Below are positions 55,488-64,000 of a stretch of DNA of 64,000 nt, in pieces. The DNA is from a candidate division WWE3 bacterium RIFCSPHIGHO2_01_FULL_40_23. Lineage in GTDB: Bacteria > Patescibacteriota > WWE3 > UBA101185 > 2-01-FULL-41-18. The notes beneath the pieces were generated by a model that saw nothing but the letters and a program-made list of their open reading frames with translations, was not told the DNA's origin and did no database searches. The stretch's first letter is position 1. Every line of letters begins with the position of its first letter. The position numbers and the translations under genes were made by a program. The DNA is taken from assembly GCA_001772615.1 (NCBI GenBank), contig MEUZ01000001.1:189483-253482 (forward strand), written 5' to 3'.

Positions 55488-57540
55488 AGGAGACCTCATC
55501 CTCATCGGGGTTTTTAGGGGCTGGGGATTGTGCGGCGGGGCTTTGTGGGTAGCCTGCTTCTACCTGCGGCGCTTTTTGAGGTTGAGCTGTCGGTTGCGGC
55601 TGCCCTTCTTTTATTATGGGAATATTATTTCCGCCCAGCGGAGCTGGCTCTTGAGGTGCTTCCTGTGGTGAAGCAGGTGGGGGAGCGGGTTTATTGTAAT
55701 TTGGAACGGGCCTGTAAATCACTTTTGTCTGCGGCTGTTCTTTTAACGTTCCTTTTTCTCTTAACTTAATTAGTTCAGCAGGATTTGTTGTAACAAGCTT
55801 ATATTCCTCTTCCGACGCCTCAATTTTAATCGCAACGTGGTTGCTTCCAGCAAAAAACAGCCCTTCTCCGATGCCCGCCGATAATAAAAACCTCTTTTCT
55901 CCTTCGGACAAATAAAATGTTTCGGCAACTTTATCAATTGCCGCGGGGTGCTGTTTTAAAAGCACTTGAATTGAGGAGCTCGTGATTATTGCATGCCCGT
56001 ACTCGCTTGATAAGAAATCCTCAACATCTTGCGTAATTGTAGTTAAGCCTAGGAAATATTTCCTTGCTCTTTTTGCTATGCCATATATAAATGTCGCAGA
56101 ATCCTTGTTTTGCATCAGATACCACGCCTCATCAATAACAAGAATTCTTTTTCTTAAGTCTTTTTTAATTCTTGTCCATATGAAATCAAGTATTATGTAT
56201 ATTGCGATAGGCCTTAAAACATCCTCAAGAGACCTCGTGGAAAAAACGGTGAACTTGCTTCTTATGTCTATATTTGACCTCTGGTCAAAAATCCCTGCTA
56301 GAGAACCCTTAATATATCTTTCAAGCCTTGAGGCAAGAGCTTTTGCTTCGGGCTCTTCAAATCCAAGAAGAACTTTATATAAATCCTCCATTATCGGAGG
56401 CTCTTTTGTCCTTTGCGTTTCGGGATCCGTTGTAATTCCCTTGATTCTGTAAGCTTCTATCAGAGATTTGTCTAAAACGGCTTCTTCAACGTTAGTCATG
56501 TTCCCAAAGATTATTTTAAAAAGTGTATGCAGGGAAAGTATTTTTTGCCCCAGCTCATTTTCGCCTTCTATGGCAACCCCCGAAAGATCAAATGGGTTTA
56601 TTCTTGAAGGGGAGGATGGGGAAAATTCAATATAGTTTCCCCCTACCGCTTCGCAAAGTCTTTTGTATTCCATTTCGGGGTCAATGACTAAAATCTCGGA
56701 TCCAAAAACCATAGACCTTAAAGCTTCAAGTTTAACGAAAAATGATTTTCCTGCCCCTGATTTTGCAAAGACCACCGTGTTGGCGTTTTCCAGGGAAAAC
56801 CTATCAAATATTACAAGAGAGCCGTTATGCTTGTTTATGCCATACATTATTCCTTCGTTTGCCGTAAGATCAGATGATGTAAACGGAAAGGTTGTAGCAA
56901 GGCTAGTTGTGTCCATGTTTCTCGTAATGAGAAGCTTATCAAGGCATAACGGAATAGTTGTTTGAAAGGCCTGTTCCATCTGAAGAGACGCCTGTTTTGA
57001 AATAAGAAGAAGGGAGCCAAGAGTTGATTCAACTTTTTTGGTAACCACCTCAAGCTCTTCAAGAGTGTCTGCGGGAACAGTCACATAAAATGAAAACTGG
57101 AAAAATTTTTCCACTCCTTTTACAAGCTGTTCCTGAAGGGATTGCGCGTCTTCAAGCGCGGCGCTTACTGTGGGATCAACTATTTTGCCTCTCTCTCGAT
57201 CCGTTCTGACTGTCGCCTCCATTTCAGCAATTTTTCTTCTTAAGTCGTCAAGAATTCCCCTTGACTGCACGGGATAATAAAACATTGATATATCAAGAGT
57301 GTGTTCAAAATTAATAAGAGGTGAAAGCCAGTTGGCCCCGACAAACCTAGGGTATCCCGCGACAAACAGCGTTCTGTAATAAGTGTTTCCAACCCTTATA
57401 TGCGTGAAATCAACTTCAATTGCAGATGGAGCTATAACGTCTTTAACGTCAACCATCCCTTCCGCAAGTTTCTTTGCGGAGCCCTCGGCGCTCTTTTCTT
57501 TTTCCAGGTCCTCCTTCTTTTTGTTTATAGGCAGTTTCAT
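55477..57540 (-). CDS. virB4: VirB4-like (TraC/ConE) ATPase
   Basis: FPFTS, Walker A AKSGAGKS, IDPE.EY, INPFD, Walker B VIDEAW, RARKY..G...ITQ. Confidence 0.9.
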   Translation of the reverse strand: MKLPINKKKEDLEKEKSAEGSAKKLAEGMVDVKDVIAPSAIEVDFTHIRVGNTYYRTLFVAGYPRFVGANWLSPLINFEHTLDISMFYYPVQSRGILDDLRRKIAEMEATVRTDRERGKIVDPTVSAALEDAQSLQEQLVKGVEKFFQFSFYVTVPADTLEELEVVTKKVESTLGSLLLISKQASLQMEQAFQTTIPLCLDKLLITRNMDTTSLATTFPFTSSDLTANEGIMYGINKHNGSLVIFDRFSLENANTVVFAKSGAGKSFFVKLEALRSMVFGSEILVIDPEMEYKRLCEAVGGNYIEFSPSSPSRINPFDLSGVAIEGENELGQKILSLHTLFKIIFGNMTNVEEAVLDKSLIEAYRIKGITTDPETQRTKEPPIMEDLYKVLLGFEEPEAKALASRLERYIKGSLAGIFDQRSNIDIRSKFTVFSTRSLEDVLRPIAIYIILDFIWTRIKKDLRKRILVIDEAWYLMQNKDSATFIYGIAKRARKYFLGLTTITQDVEDFLSSEYGHAIITSSSIQVLLKQHPAAIDKVAETFYLSEGEKRFLLSAGIGEGLFFAGSNHVAIKIEASEEEYKLVTTNPAELIKLREKGTLKEQPQTKVIYRPVPNYNKPAPPPASPQEAPQEPAPLGGNNIPIIKEGQPQPTAQPQKAPQVEAGYPQSPAAQSPAPKNPDEDEVSSLY

Positions 57541-57542
57541 CT

Positions 57543-58250
57543 TTACTCCTCTAATATGGCAGGTTCAACTATCGCCACTTTAAAATCATCCACTCTTGCT
57601 TTTATCCTTTGCTCATGGACTGATGAGGGATTATAAATGTCAAAAAACAACTCAACAAGCTCCTGGGTGTTTAACTGTCTTGTTTTTATGCCGATTCTTG
57701 CGAATTCTTTAACAATGTTGTCTCTTTTAGGATACAACTCGGCCGTCGCATTTTTGATTACATGCGGGACATTTACCGTCATTCTTTTGTTTCTTGAGCC
57801 TGTCAAAAGTGATATGAAATCAAAAGGCCCGCCTCCCTGCTGCCTTGGGACATCAACTGTTCCCCCTGAAGGAATGGCCACGTAAAAACTTTTATCCAAA
57901 ACTTCATTTCTTTGTATTAAATCCTGCACAAACTTTCTGTAAGACTGCGCCTGGATACGAAGAAGAGGGTCTTTAATTTTACTTTCAACAGCCTTTACTT
58001 TTTCTATGTAGTTTGTAATATCAAGTCTTTTGCTTCTTAAAATGACCTGAATGGGGAACGAAAGAGAGTTTAAAAGGGCGGAAAACGCGGCTATTATGGC
58101 GTCCTGCTCTATTTCGGAGAGGAGGTCAAAGTTAACGGCAGTCGTTTTAAGAACCAGTGTCACTCCTCCATTTTTTAAGACCACAAGATCATCAGTTATT
58201 GTTTCTATATCAAGGTGATCTTGTGTTGAGTAATTTACTTTCTGACTCAT
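57543..58250 (-). CDS. T4SS-associated protein resembling the TraC/VirB4 N-terminal region
   Basis: STQ.HL.I..I....V.LK.G, VNFDLLS..EQDAII, LNSLSFPIQ, YNP; between PrgI-like and VirB4 genes. Confidence 0.75.
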   Translation of the reverse strand: MSQKVNYSTQDHLDIETITDDLVVLKNGGVTLVLKTTAVNFDLLSEIEQDAIIAAFSALLNSLSFPIQVILRSKRLDITNYIEKVKAVESKIKDPLLRIQAQSYRKFVQDLIQRNEVLDKSFYVAIPSGGTVDVPRQQGGGPFDFISLLTGSRNKRMTVNVPHVIKNATAELYPKRDNIVKEFARIGIKTRQLNTQELVELFFDIYNPSSVHEQRIKARVDDFKVAIVEPAILEE

Positions 58251-59914
58251 GTTTTTAGTTTACCAGTAAATTCAACGGGTGGTAATACCAGACCCTTTAC
58301 TTCTATACTCACTCTGTCAAAGGACATAGGGTTTTTTTCGCCCTCTTTTGAAACTTCTAAAACATAAGTTCCGTTTGAAACAGGTGTCGTTATGGAAAAT
58401 TGACCAAGTTTATTTGTCTTTAGAGCCCGCACCGTGTCGCCTTTTGAATCTTTAACTATTACCACGGCTCCTTCCAAAAGCGTTTGGGTCTGGTCCTTTA
58501 CTACCCCGTTTATGATGTTTGGGACTCCGGTGATGGGTGAGATGTTTGAGAAGGTTGCCTTCTGCAATGGGGCTTGCGCCTGTGCTCCTTGTGTAAATTC
58601 AGAAGGTATTACAGGTACATGTACCTTCTCCACCACTTTTTGCACGATAACCCTTGGCTGTTCGCTTCCCATTTCTTTAATCTTTTGCTCCATCTCAAAA
58701 ATTCTTTGCTGAAGAAGTGCAACCTCTCTGTCGGCCTGCTCCTTTTCCGTTTGGAGGTTTTTTATCTGATTTGTGATCTGATCTTTTTCTTCTTTACTGC
58801 TTCCAGCCTGACCGGCTTTTTTCTTAAGCTCCTCTATCTCTTTTTCCAGCCTTTGATTGTCAGTTTTAAGTTGGGCTACCGCTTGCGAAGCGCCTTTTTG
58901 GATTGTGCCTTTTGTAGCCTCCTCCACTTTTGCGGCCGGTGCCTCCTCCTTTTTTTCCTTCGGCTGCTGCCCTTTCTTTATTTTTTCAACAAGTTCGGTG
59001 AGCTGCCTTGTTTTTAATGAAAGGTCACTTTCCGCTTTTTCTTCAGTCGGTTTTACTACCCGTTCTCCCCTTACGGGAAGCACTATTTCACCTTCCGTTC
59101 TTGAAAGATGTGTAAATCTCCTTCCCGCAAGTCTGTCCGGTGTTATGGGGGACCCCGTGTAAAATTTAGGCGTGTATTGGTGAGGTATTATTACCTGTGC
59201 AGGGCTTATTTTTGGTTCCTCCGCTTGTGGGAGTGTTATTTCGGCTTCAAGAAAAGGGGTGGCTTCGGGTTTCTGCGGGATTTCCTCTACTGGTTTAGGG
59301 GGTTTAGGAGCCCCCACTTCTTTGATTTCTGGTTCCAATCCTTTTACTTCCGGTGTGTAGGGCCTAAGAGGCTTGAAGACCTGCTTCGGCTCTTCCGTTG
59401 TGGTTACTACACCGCCGTAAGCTTCTTTTACTTTGTTTATAAAATAATCCTCGGCAATATCAAGAGGGTCTTTAGGGGCTCCGGCACCTTCACGTTCAAG
59501 ATACTGCTCAAGCTTTCTCCTGCTTGCAGTCGGGGCTACAGCCATAAGCTCCGATTTAAGCATGGCAAGATTTTGATATAAAAAGTAGCTTGGAGGGACT
59601 ATTTCTTTTCTCCATATCCTTTGGGTTGGTGTGTAAATTGCGTTTATAAAGTTAGCAACCCATTGATCAAGTCCTCTTTCCTCAACCGGTACAAAAGCGA
59701 TCGCAACGCCTGCCCCCGCTATTAAAAGCGCAACGGGAAGCCTTAAAAAGCTTGGAAGTCCTGATCTTAGCGCCCCGAATGCAAAAATCGCGGCTATTAC
59801 TAAGTAAAAGAACTGCCTCATGGTAAGGCTTCCAATCACTTTAAATTCAACCTGCATTATGTTCTGGGGAACCGCGTGCTGCTTGTTTGTTTGAACGACT
59901 TCGTTTATGGGCAT
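58247..59914 (-). CDS. PrgI-family protein with coiled coil and C-terminal carboxypeptidase-regulatory-like domain
   Basis: HAVPQN...EFK.IG.LT.RQF, RGLDQW, P.QRIW.K; RALKTN.LGQF. Confidence 0.8.
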   Translation of the reverse strand: MPINEVVQTNKQHAVPQNIMQVEFKVIGSLTMRQFFYLVIAAIFAFGALRSGLPSFLRLPVALLIAGAGVAIAFVPVEERGLDQWVANFINAIYTPTQRIWRKEIVPPSYFLYQNLAMLKSELMAVAPTASRRKLEQYLEREGAGAPKDPLDIAEDYFINKVKEAYGGVVTTTEEPKQVFKPLRPYTPEVKGLEPEIKEVGAPKPPKPVEEIPQKPEATPFLEAEITLPQAEEPKISPAQVIIPHQYTPKFYTGSPITPDRLAGRRFTHLSRTEGEIVLPVRGERVVKPTEEKAESDLSLKTRQLTELVEKIKKGQQPKEKKEEAPAAKVEEATKGTIQKGASQAVAQLKTDNQRLEKEIEELKKKAGQAGSSKEEKDQITNQIKNLQTEKEQADREVALLQQRIFEMEQKIKEMGSEQPRVIVQKVVEKVHVPVIPSEFTQGAQAQAPLQKATFSNISPITGVPNIINGVVKDQTQTLLEGAVVIVKDSKGDTVRALKTNKLGQFSITTPVSNGTYVLEVSKEGEKNPMSFDRVSIEVKGLVLPPVEFTGKLKT

Positions 59915-59976
59915 GTTTATGATGAATTATAACTTTTTAAAACCCTAAAAGACAGAGTAACGTTTAATTATATCAT

Positions 59977-61251
59977 TTATTTTTTGGGTTTGAGGTAGGC
60001 ATTTATCATGCCGGGGGCGCGAAGGGCTACAATCCATGTTCCAAACATAAGCATGCCGCCGACAAGAGGCGATAGCGCTGTGCTCCAAAAGCCGGGTGTT
60101 GGGGTGCTGCTGTCCCAAAGAACCGATAAGAATAGGTAAAAGCCAAGCATTATTAAAAGAACTATTGCAGGAAGAGCTAGCACTGCCGAAAGCATGTCCA
60201 CAAACCAGTCTTTAATTCTATGCTCTTGTCCGGGAATAGCCGCGATAGCAAAAATCAAAGGAGAAAATATCGTCAAAAATATTATTTTAAGATAGTTAAA
60301 GATATACACAGCGCCAAGCGCGAATAGAAATATCACAAGGAAAACAAGAGCTACCAAAACGACAAGAGTAAGGCCGATTGTAAGTATAAAACCAAGCCCA
60401 ATCGGACCAAGAAGCACTTTTGCCGCGCAATCTGACGCCGCAGAGATACTTGATATCTCGCTACAGCTGTATGGAGGGGTTGTTAAAGAAGGATTGACTC
60501 CCTTAAGCACCGATGCCCCGCCTCCCGTTGTCTCAAGTATAAAAGATCCGGCTATCTTTACGAGAGGGCTGTTCCATCCAAGCCCTATGGACTGATCAAA
60601 GATAGCTCCTATCCCATAGCTTAAGGTGATAAGAATGGCACTTATTATTATTCTCGGAATTGCGGCCTGCGCCGTTACTGCCGTTTGCGGATCTATTTTT
60701 GATCTCATTGAAATCATGACTGAAATAACGAGCACAAAAGCGGCAAGGAGTCCGTACGAAGCATTTCTAAAGCCTTTCCATATTTCATAAACGCTTTTAA
60801 AAGGGTTGGAAATGGTTGCGGCTTGCGCTTCCTGGAAAACAGGCGAATCCTCTTTTATTCCGTTAAAGTAAAGAGCAAGGGTTGCGGGAGGTGGTGTGTC
60901 CACTGCCCCCTGCAGAGTTGAGGTGGATAGGGCTAAGAGGCTTCCGTTTCTAAGGCCCGTACCCTGTCCGGTAAGGTTTAAGTCAGGCCAATCCGAAGTA
61001 TCTGAAAAACAATCAGTCGGGTAGCCCGTCATGCCTATATAAAAAGAGTCTATTAAAGCCTGAAACGCGCCGACCCCAAGAGACCTTTGGGTGCTTTCAT
61101 CCCCAAGGATCACACCGATAACAGTCTGCCAGAAAGTTGAGCCCGGAGGTCTTGTCCCGTCTCCGCAAGAGGCAAGCCCGGGACGCGCAAAAATAATCGC
61201 AATAAGAAATAAGGTTACAAACAGCGGTACTGCCTTTTTTAAAGTACTCAT
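59977..61251 (-). CDS. polytopic membrane protein, VirB6/TrbL-like
   Basis: W..FRN..Y, IP.III...LITLSY.I, IFSPL...IPG; adjacent to PrgI/VirB4 genes. Confidence 0.65.
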   Translation of the reverse strand: MSTLKKAVPLFVTLFLIAIIFARPGLASCGDGTRPPGSTFWQTVIGVILGDESTQRSLGVGAFQALIDSFYIGMTGYPTDCFSDTSDWPDLNLTGQGTGLRNGSLLALSTSTLQGAVDTPPPATLALYFNGIKEDSPVFQEAQAATISNPFKSVYEIWKGFRNASYGLLAAFVLVISVMISMRSKIDPQTAVTAQAAIPRIIISAILITLSYGIGAIFDQSIGLGWNSPLVKIAGSFILETTGGGASVLKGVNPSLTTPPYSCSEISSISAASDCAAKVLLGPIGLGFILTIGLTLVVLVALVFLVIFLFALGAVYIFNYLKIIFLTIFSPLIFAIAAIPGQEHRIKDWFVDMLSAVLALPAIVLLIMLGFYLFLSVLWDSSTPTPGFWSTALSPLVGGMLMFGTWIVALRAPGMINAYLKPKK

Positions 61252-61313
61252 ATTCTTGAGTAGATATTAAGCCCATATATTAAAAAGTTCAAGTATTTGC
61301 TACTATTTAAACC

Positions 61314-63917
61314 ATGGCGCCGCCTATTCTTTACCCGGGTTATTACCCCGGAACCCGTCCGCTTAAAGGAAAAAGAGGAAGACCAAGGAAAATCTTTCCC
61401 GACCCATTTTTAACGGATTTAACATCCGCAATTAATGTGCAGGGCTCCGTTTTGGGTTTGCCCAATCAGATCGGCGAGCTTTTTGAAAAAGATTTTACAA
61501 ACGGTCTTAAGATAAGATACGGGATTTCAGAAGTGGAGTCGGGAGTTGCGGCCGAAGAACTTCAGGCTATAGAAGAAGAATATCAGGAGCTTCCCGGGGC
61601 GATGGGGATCGGGATAAGTTTTGATCCCGAAGTGTGGAAGAAAAAAGGTTTTGAGCAAAATCTTAGGGAAACGGGCGAAGAGTGGATAAACGCGGTTTTA
61701 GGTTTTAAGGATTTAAGCGTTAGAACCGAGCTTGCCGGAGTATGGGATCCTCTTTTAAACCCTACGAGAGAGGCAACCGAAGCGCAAAAGAAGATGAGCC
61801 TTCACGCGATTTCATATGCGCAAAAGTATGTAAACGAGCCGGGGGGACCACAGGCAAAAGAATTCTCAAGCGTTAACGACCTTTCAAATTCAATCAGAAA
61901 TTTCGTTGTTTTTGGAAATACAGCCTCTGAAAGAGGCAGGAAGTTTGACACGGTTCAGCTTAATTTTGCTTTTGCTTTATCTCAAGTCGTAAATAAAGAT
62001 ACAAAAGTTGCAAATTTCGGAGCTAACATTCTTGCCAAGGAGACGGCCTTATCAAGCATTGGGTCAAACATTGCGTCACTTGAAAGAAGGCTTGCCGCAA
62101 CAACTGATCCTGATACACAAAGGGCTTTGCAGGATCAGCTAGACCTTCTTCATGCTGATGAAAGTAGAATTAATGCCGAGGTTTCGGAGCTTAGGGAAAA
62201 AGACTCCACTATCAAAACTCTTAACGCAAGGCTTGATAAAGCTTTGACCACTCCTAGAAAAGAAAGAGCGCTAAAGCTTACACAAAAAGCAAGAGCGAGG
62301 CTTGAGGCGCAGCTTAAGACTGAAAGTGACCCTGCAACAAGAGCCAGCATTGAAGCAAGGATCACGGATTTAAAAAAAGATGAGAATGACTTAAAAGGGT
62401 TTCTTGACTCGCTTACGGATAAGGATAGGGCGGAGCAGCGGAAAGAGCTTAAAGGGTTATGGGGCGATGCTGTTAATTCAAAAGACGGTGAGTTAAAAGA
62501 TGCTCTTAATGAGGTTGATGACAAGAAGCTTGCGGGATGGGCAAAGCTTGTTGATTTTAGAAATAATGTTTTTACCTATAACGAATATATTGACTCGGCC
62601 GCAGAAGGAAGGCTGTTTCAAACTTTCGTCTGGAACAGGATTAGAAGGGCACTTCCTTTTTTAGGGCAGGCTTACTCGGCCAAAATGTTTATTGACAACC
62701 CGTTAAGATTTGCCATAAGCGTTTTTGCCAAGGCGACGAGCGCGAAGGGCTATGATCTTCCCGTTGTGGGAAAATTCAGAATCCCCTTTGTCAACAGGTT
62801 AATGACCTCCATCGGAAAGTTTCTTGACGGAACTCTTGGGAAAATCGCCAAACTTATTGCAAGAAGTCCGATTCTTAGGGGGATTGTAACCACGCTTACC
62901 GGGGGGCTTGTCAGAAGTATCGTCAATAAAGCGGTTATGAGCATCATCGCTGGGGCGGGTGTTACGGGTGTAGGTACGATTCCGGCCGCCGCGGCTGCGG
63001 CCTTAACTTACGTCGGGGAAAAGGTTTGGAGTATTTTTGTTTCCTTTATAAAGCTTGATATTTCAGGGGCGATAGATAAGATCGCAAAGGAGTTTTCTAA
63101 TTTATTAAAACTTGGAATGCTTGCGATAGGCGTGCCTATTTTTTTGATAGGCGCAATTTTTTATATGGTTATTAATATTATGACGGCCCCGATGTCAGGG
63201 ACCTCAACGGTTGGCAGAGGAGGGGCGACTGGGATTACAAGCGGTGGTGGTACTGGAACCGTTGGGGGAGGCGGCAGCTCCTGCTCTGTCGTTCCGAAGG
63301 GGTTTGATAACGACCTTTTTTCAAAAATGGAGCCGTTTGGAAGCCCCAAACTTATTGATGTGCCTGACAGCATTTTCTTTGGGCAGGGAAGCTGTTATGG
63401 GGAGTGCAGGACATCTGTAAATTATCTGCACGGCGGTTTAGATCTTAATACTAACCACGATTATAGCGAACCCGCGCTGACATCACCTTATCAGGGAGAT
63501 GCCGTTGTGTTTTTTGCCAACTCAAGCTGTACGGGCGGGGGTAAAGGCTGTGGAAACGGTTTTGGGAACCACGTTATTCTAAAAGTTTCGGGGGAGGAGG
63601 ATTGCACCGATTACGGTGAATGCGGAACCAACATGTACATATATTTTGCCCATTTAAGTTCTTTGTCCGTAAGTGTTGGAGACACTGTTTCCTACGGTGA
63701 GGGGGTTGGTAAGCTTGGCAACACGGGAAATTCCACGGGCCCGCATTTGCATTTTGAAATAAGGTCAGGTTCTACAAATTCAGCCTACACCGTAAACCCA
63801 TGTTTTGTTTTCTCCTGTGACCCAATCAGCGACTTTAGCAGTGCAGCGAGATCAAGCTGCAGGCCTCCCGAGATTCACGGTCCTCTTTTCAACGATTATG
63901 ATGCCTCTTACCATTAA
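61314..63917 (+). CDS. large membrane protein with N-terminal AT-hook-like motif, coiled coil and C-terminal M23 peptidase
   Basis: KRGRPRK; HGGLD, FAHLS, GNTGNSTGPHLHFE, NP. Confidence 0.85.
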   Translation: MAPPILYPGYYPGTRPLKGKRGRPRKIFPDPFLTDLTSAINVQGSVLGLPNQIGELFEKDFTNGLKIRYGISEVESGVAAEELQAIEEEYQELPGAMGIGISFDPEVWKKKGFEQNLRETGEEWINAVLGFKDLSVRTELAGVWDPLLNPTREATEAQKKMSLHAISYAQKYVNEPGGPQAKEFSSVNDLSNSIRNFVVFGNTASERGRKFDTVQLNFAFALSQVVNKDTKVANFGANILAKETALSSIGSNIASLERRLAATTDPDTQRALQDQLDLLHADESRINAEVSELREKDSTIKTLNARLDKALTTPRKERALKLTQKARARLEAQLKTESDPATRASIEARITDLKKDENDLKGFLDSLTDKDRAEQRKELKGLWGDAVNSKDGELKDALNEVDDKKLAGWAKLVDFRNNVFTYNEYIDSAAEGRLFQTFVWNRIRRALPFLGQAYSAKMFIDNPLRFAISVFAKATSAKGYDLPVVGKFRIPFVNRLMTSIGKFLDGTLGKIAKLIARSPILRGIVTTLTGGLVRSIVNKAVMSIIAGAGVTGVGTIPAAAAAALTYVGEKVWSIFVSFIKLDISGAIDKIAKEFSNLLKLGMLAIGVPIFLIGAIFYMVINIMTAPMSGTSTVGRGGATGITSGGGTGTVGGGGSSCSVVPKGFDNDLFSKMEPFGSPKLIDVPDSIFFGQGSCYGECRTSVNYLHGGLDLNTNHDYSEPALTSPYQGDAVVFFANSSCTGGGKGCGNGFGNHVILKVSGEEDCTDYGECGTNMYIYFAHLSSLSVSVGDTVSYGEGVGKLGNTGNSTGPHLHFEIRSGSTNSAYTVNPCFVFSCDPISDFSSAARSSCRPPEIHGPLFNDYDASYH

Positions 63918-64000
63918 TTGCCAAATTCTTTTGTTATAATATCTTTGTGTTTGAGAGAATTTATAATTTTTTTCAGAGCAGGAGAGCACTTGCTTTATTA

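Noticed and set aside
1-64000. CRISPR array or cas genes
   Set aside because: The palindromic repeats are dispersed and separated by whole genes, not by 30-40-nt spacers; no Cas motifs seen.

Overview
Bacterial chromosome segment, genetic code 11. Gene content and style point to Patescibacteria/CPR (Microgenomates/WWE3-like; inferred, not database-checked). It contains the replication origin region (dnaA with DnaA boxes, divergent rpmH-rnpA-yidD-yidC-jag-dnaN) and housekeeping genes (acyP, msrB, rmuC, uppS, tatD, groES/groEL, rnhA, rplY, valS, tsaD). It also carries envelope/glycosylation genes, tRNA-Cys and a PrgI/VirB4/VirB6-like/M23 T4SS-like locus. Less ordinary signals: (1) a GTCAT(T/C)CC...GG(A/G)ATGAC palindromic repeat family with about ten copies; four of them bracket three GC-richer genes like a cassette array, one sits in-frame inside tsaD, and some are nested; (2) about 11 dispersed GC-richer solo genes, each with a strong AAGGAG-type RBS and a terminator hairpin, among apparently leaderless native genes, some with Chloroflexota-like motifs; (3) a Val T-box leader with an ultrashort stem I and a hairpin inserted in its antiterminator; (4) a tRNA-Cys 3' duplication with an inverted T-arm copy; (5) a ~235-nt rod-like hairpin between dnaN and virB4. 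No CRISPR array, integrase or transposase is visible.
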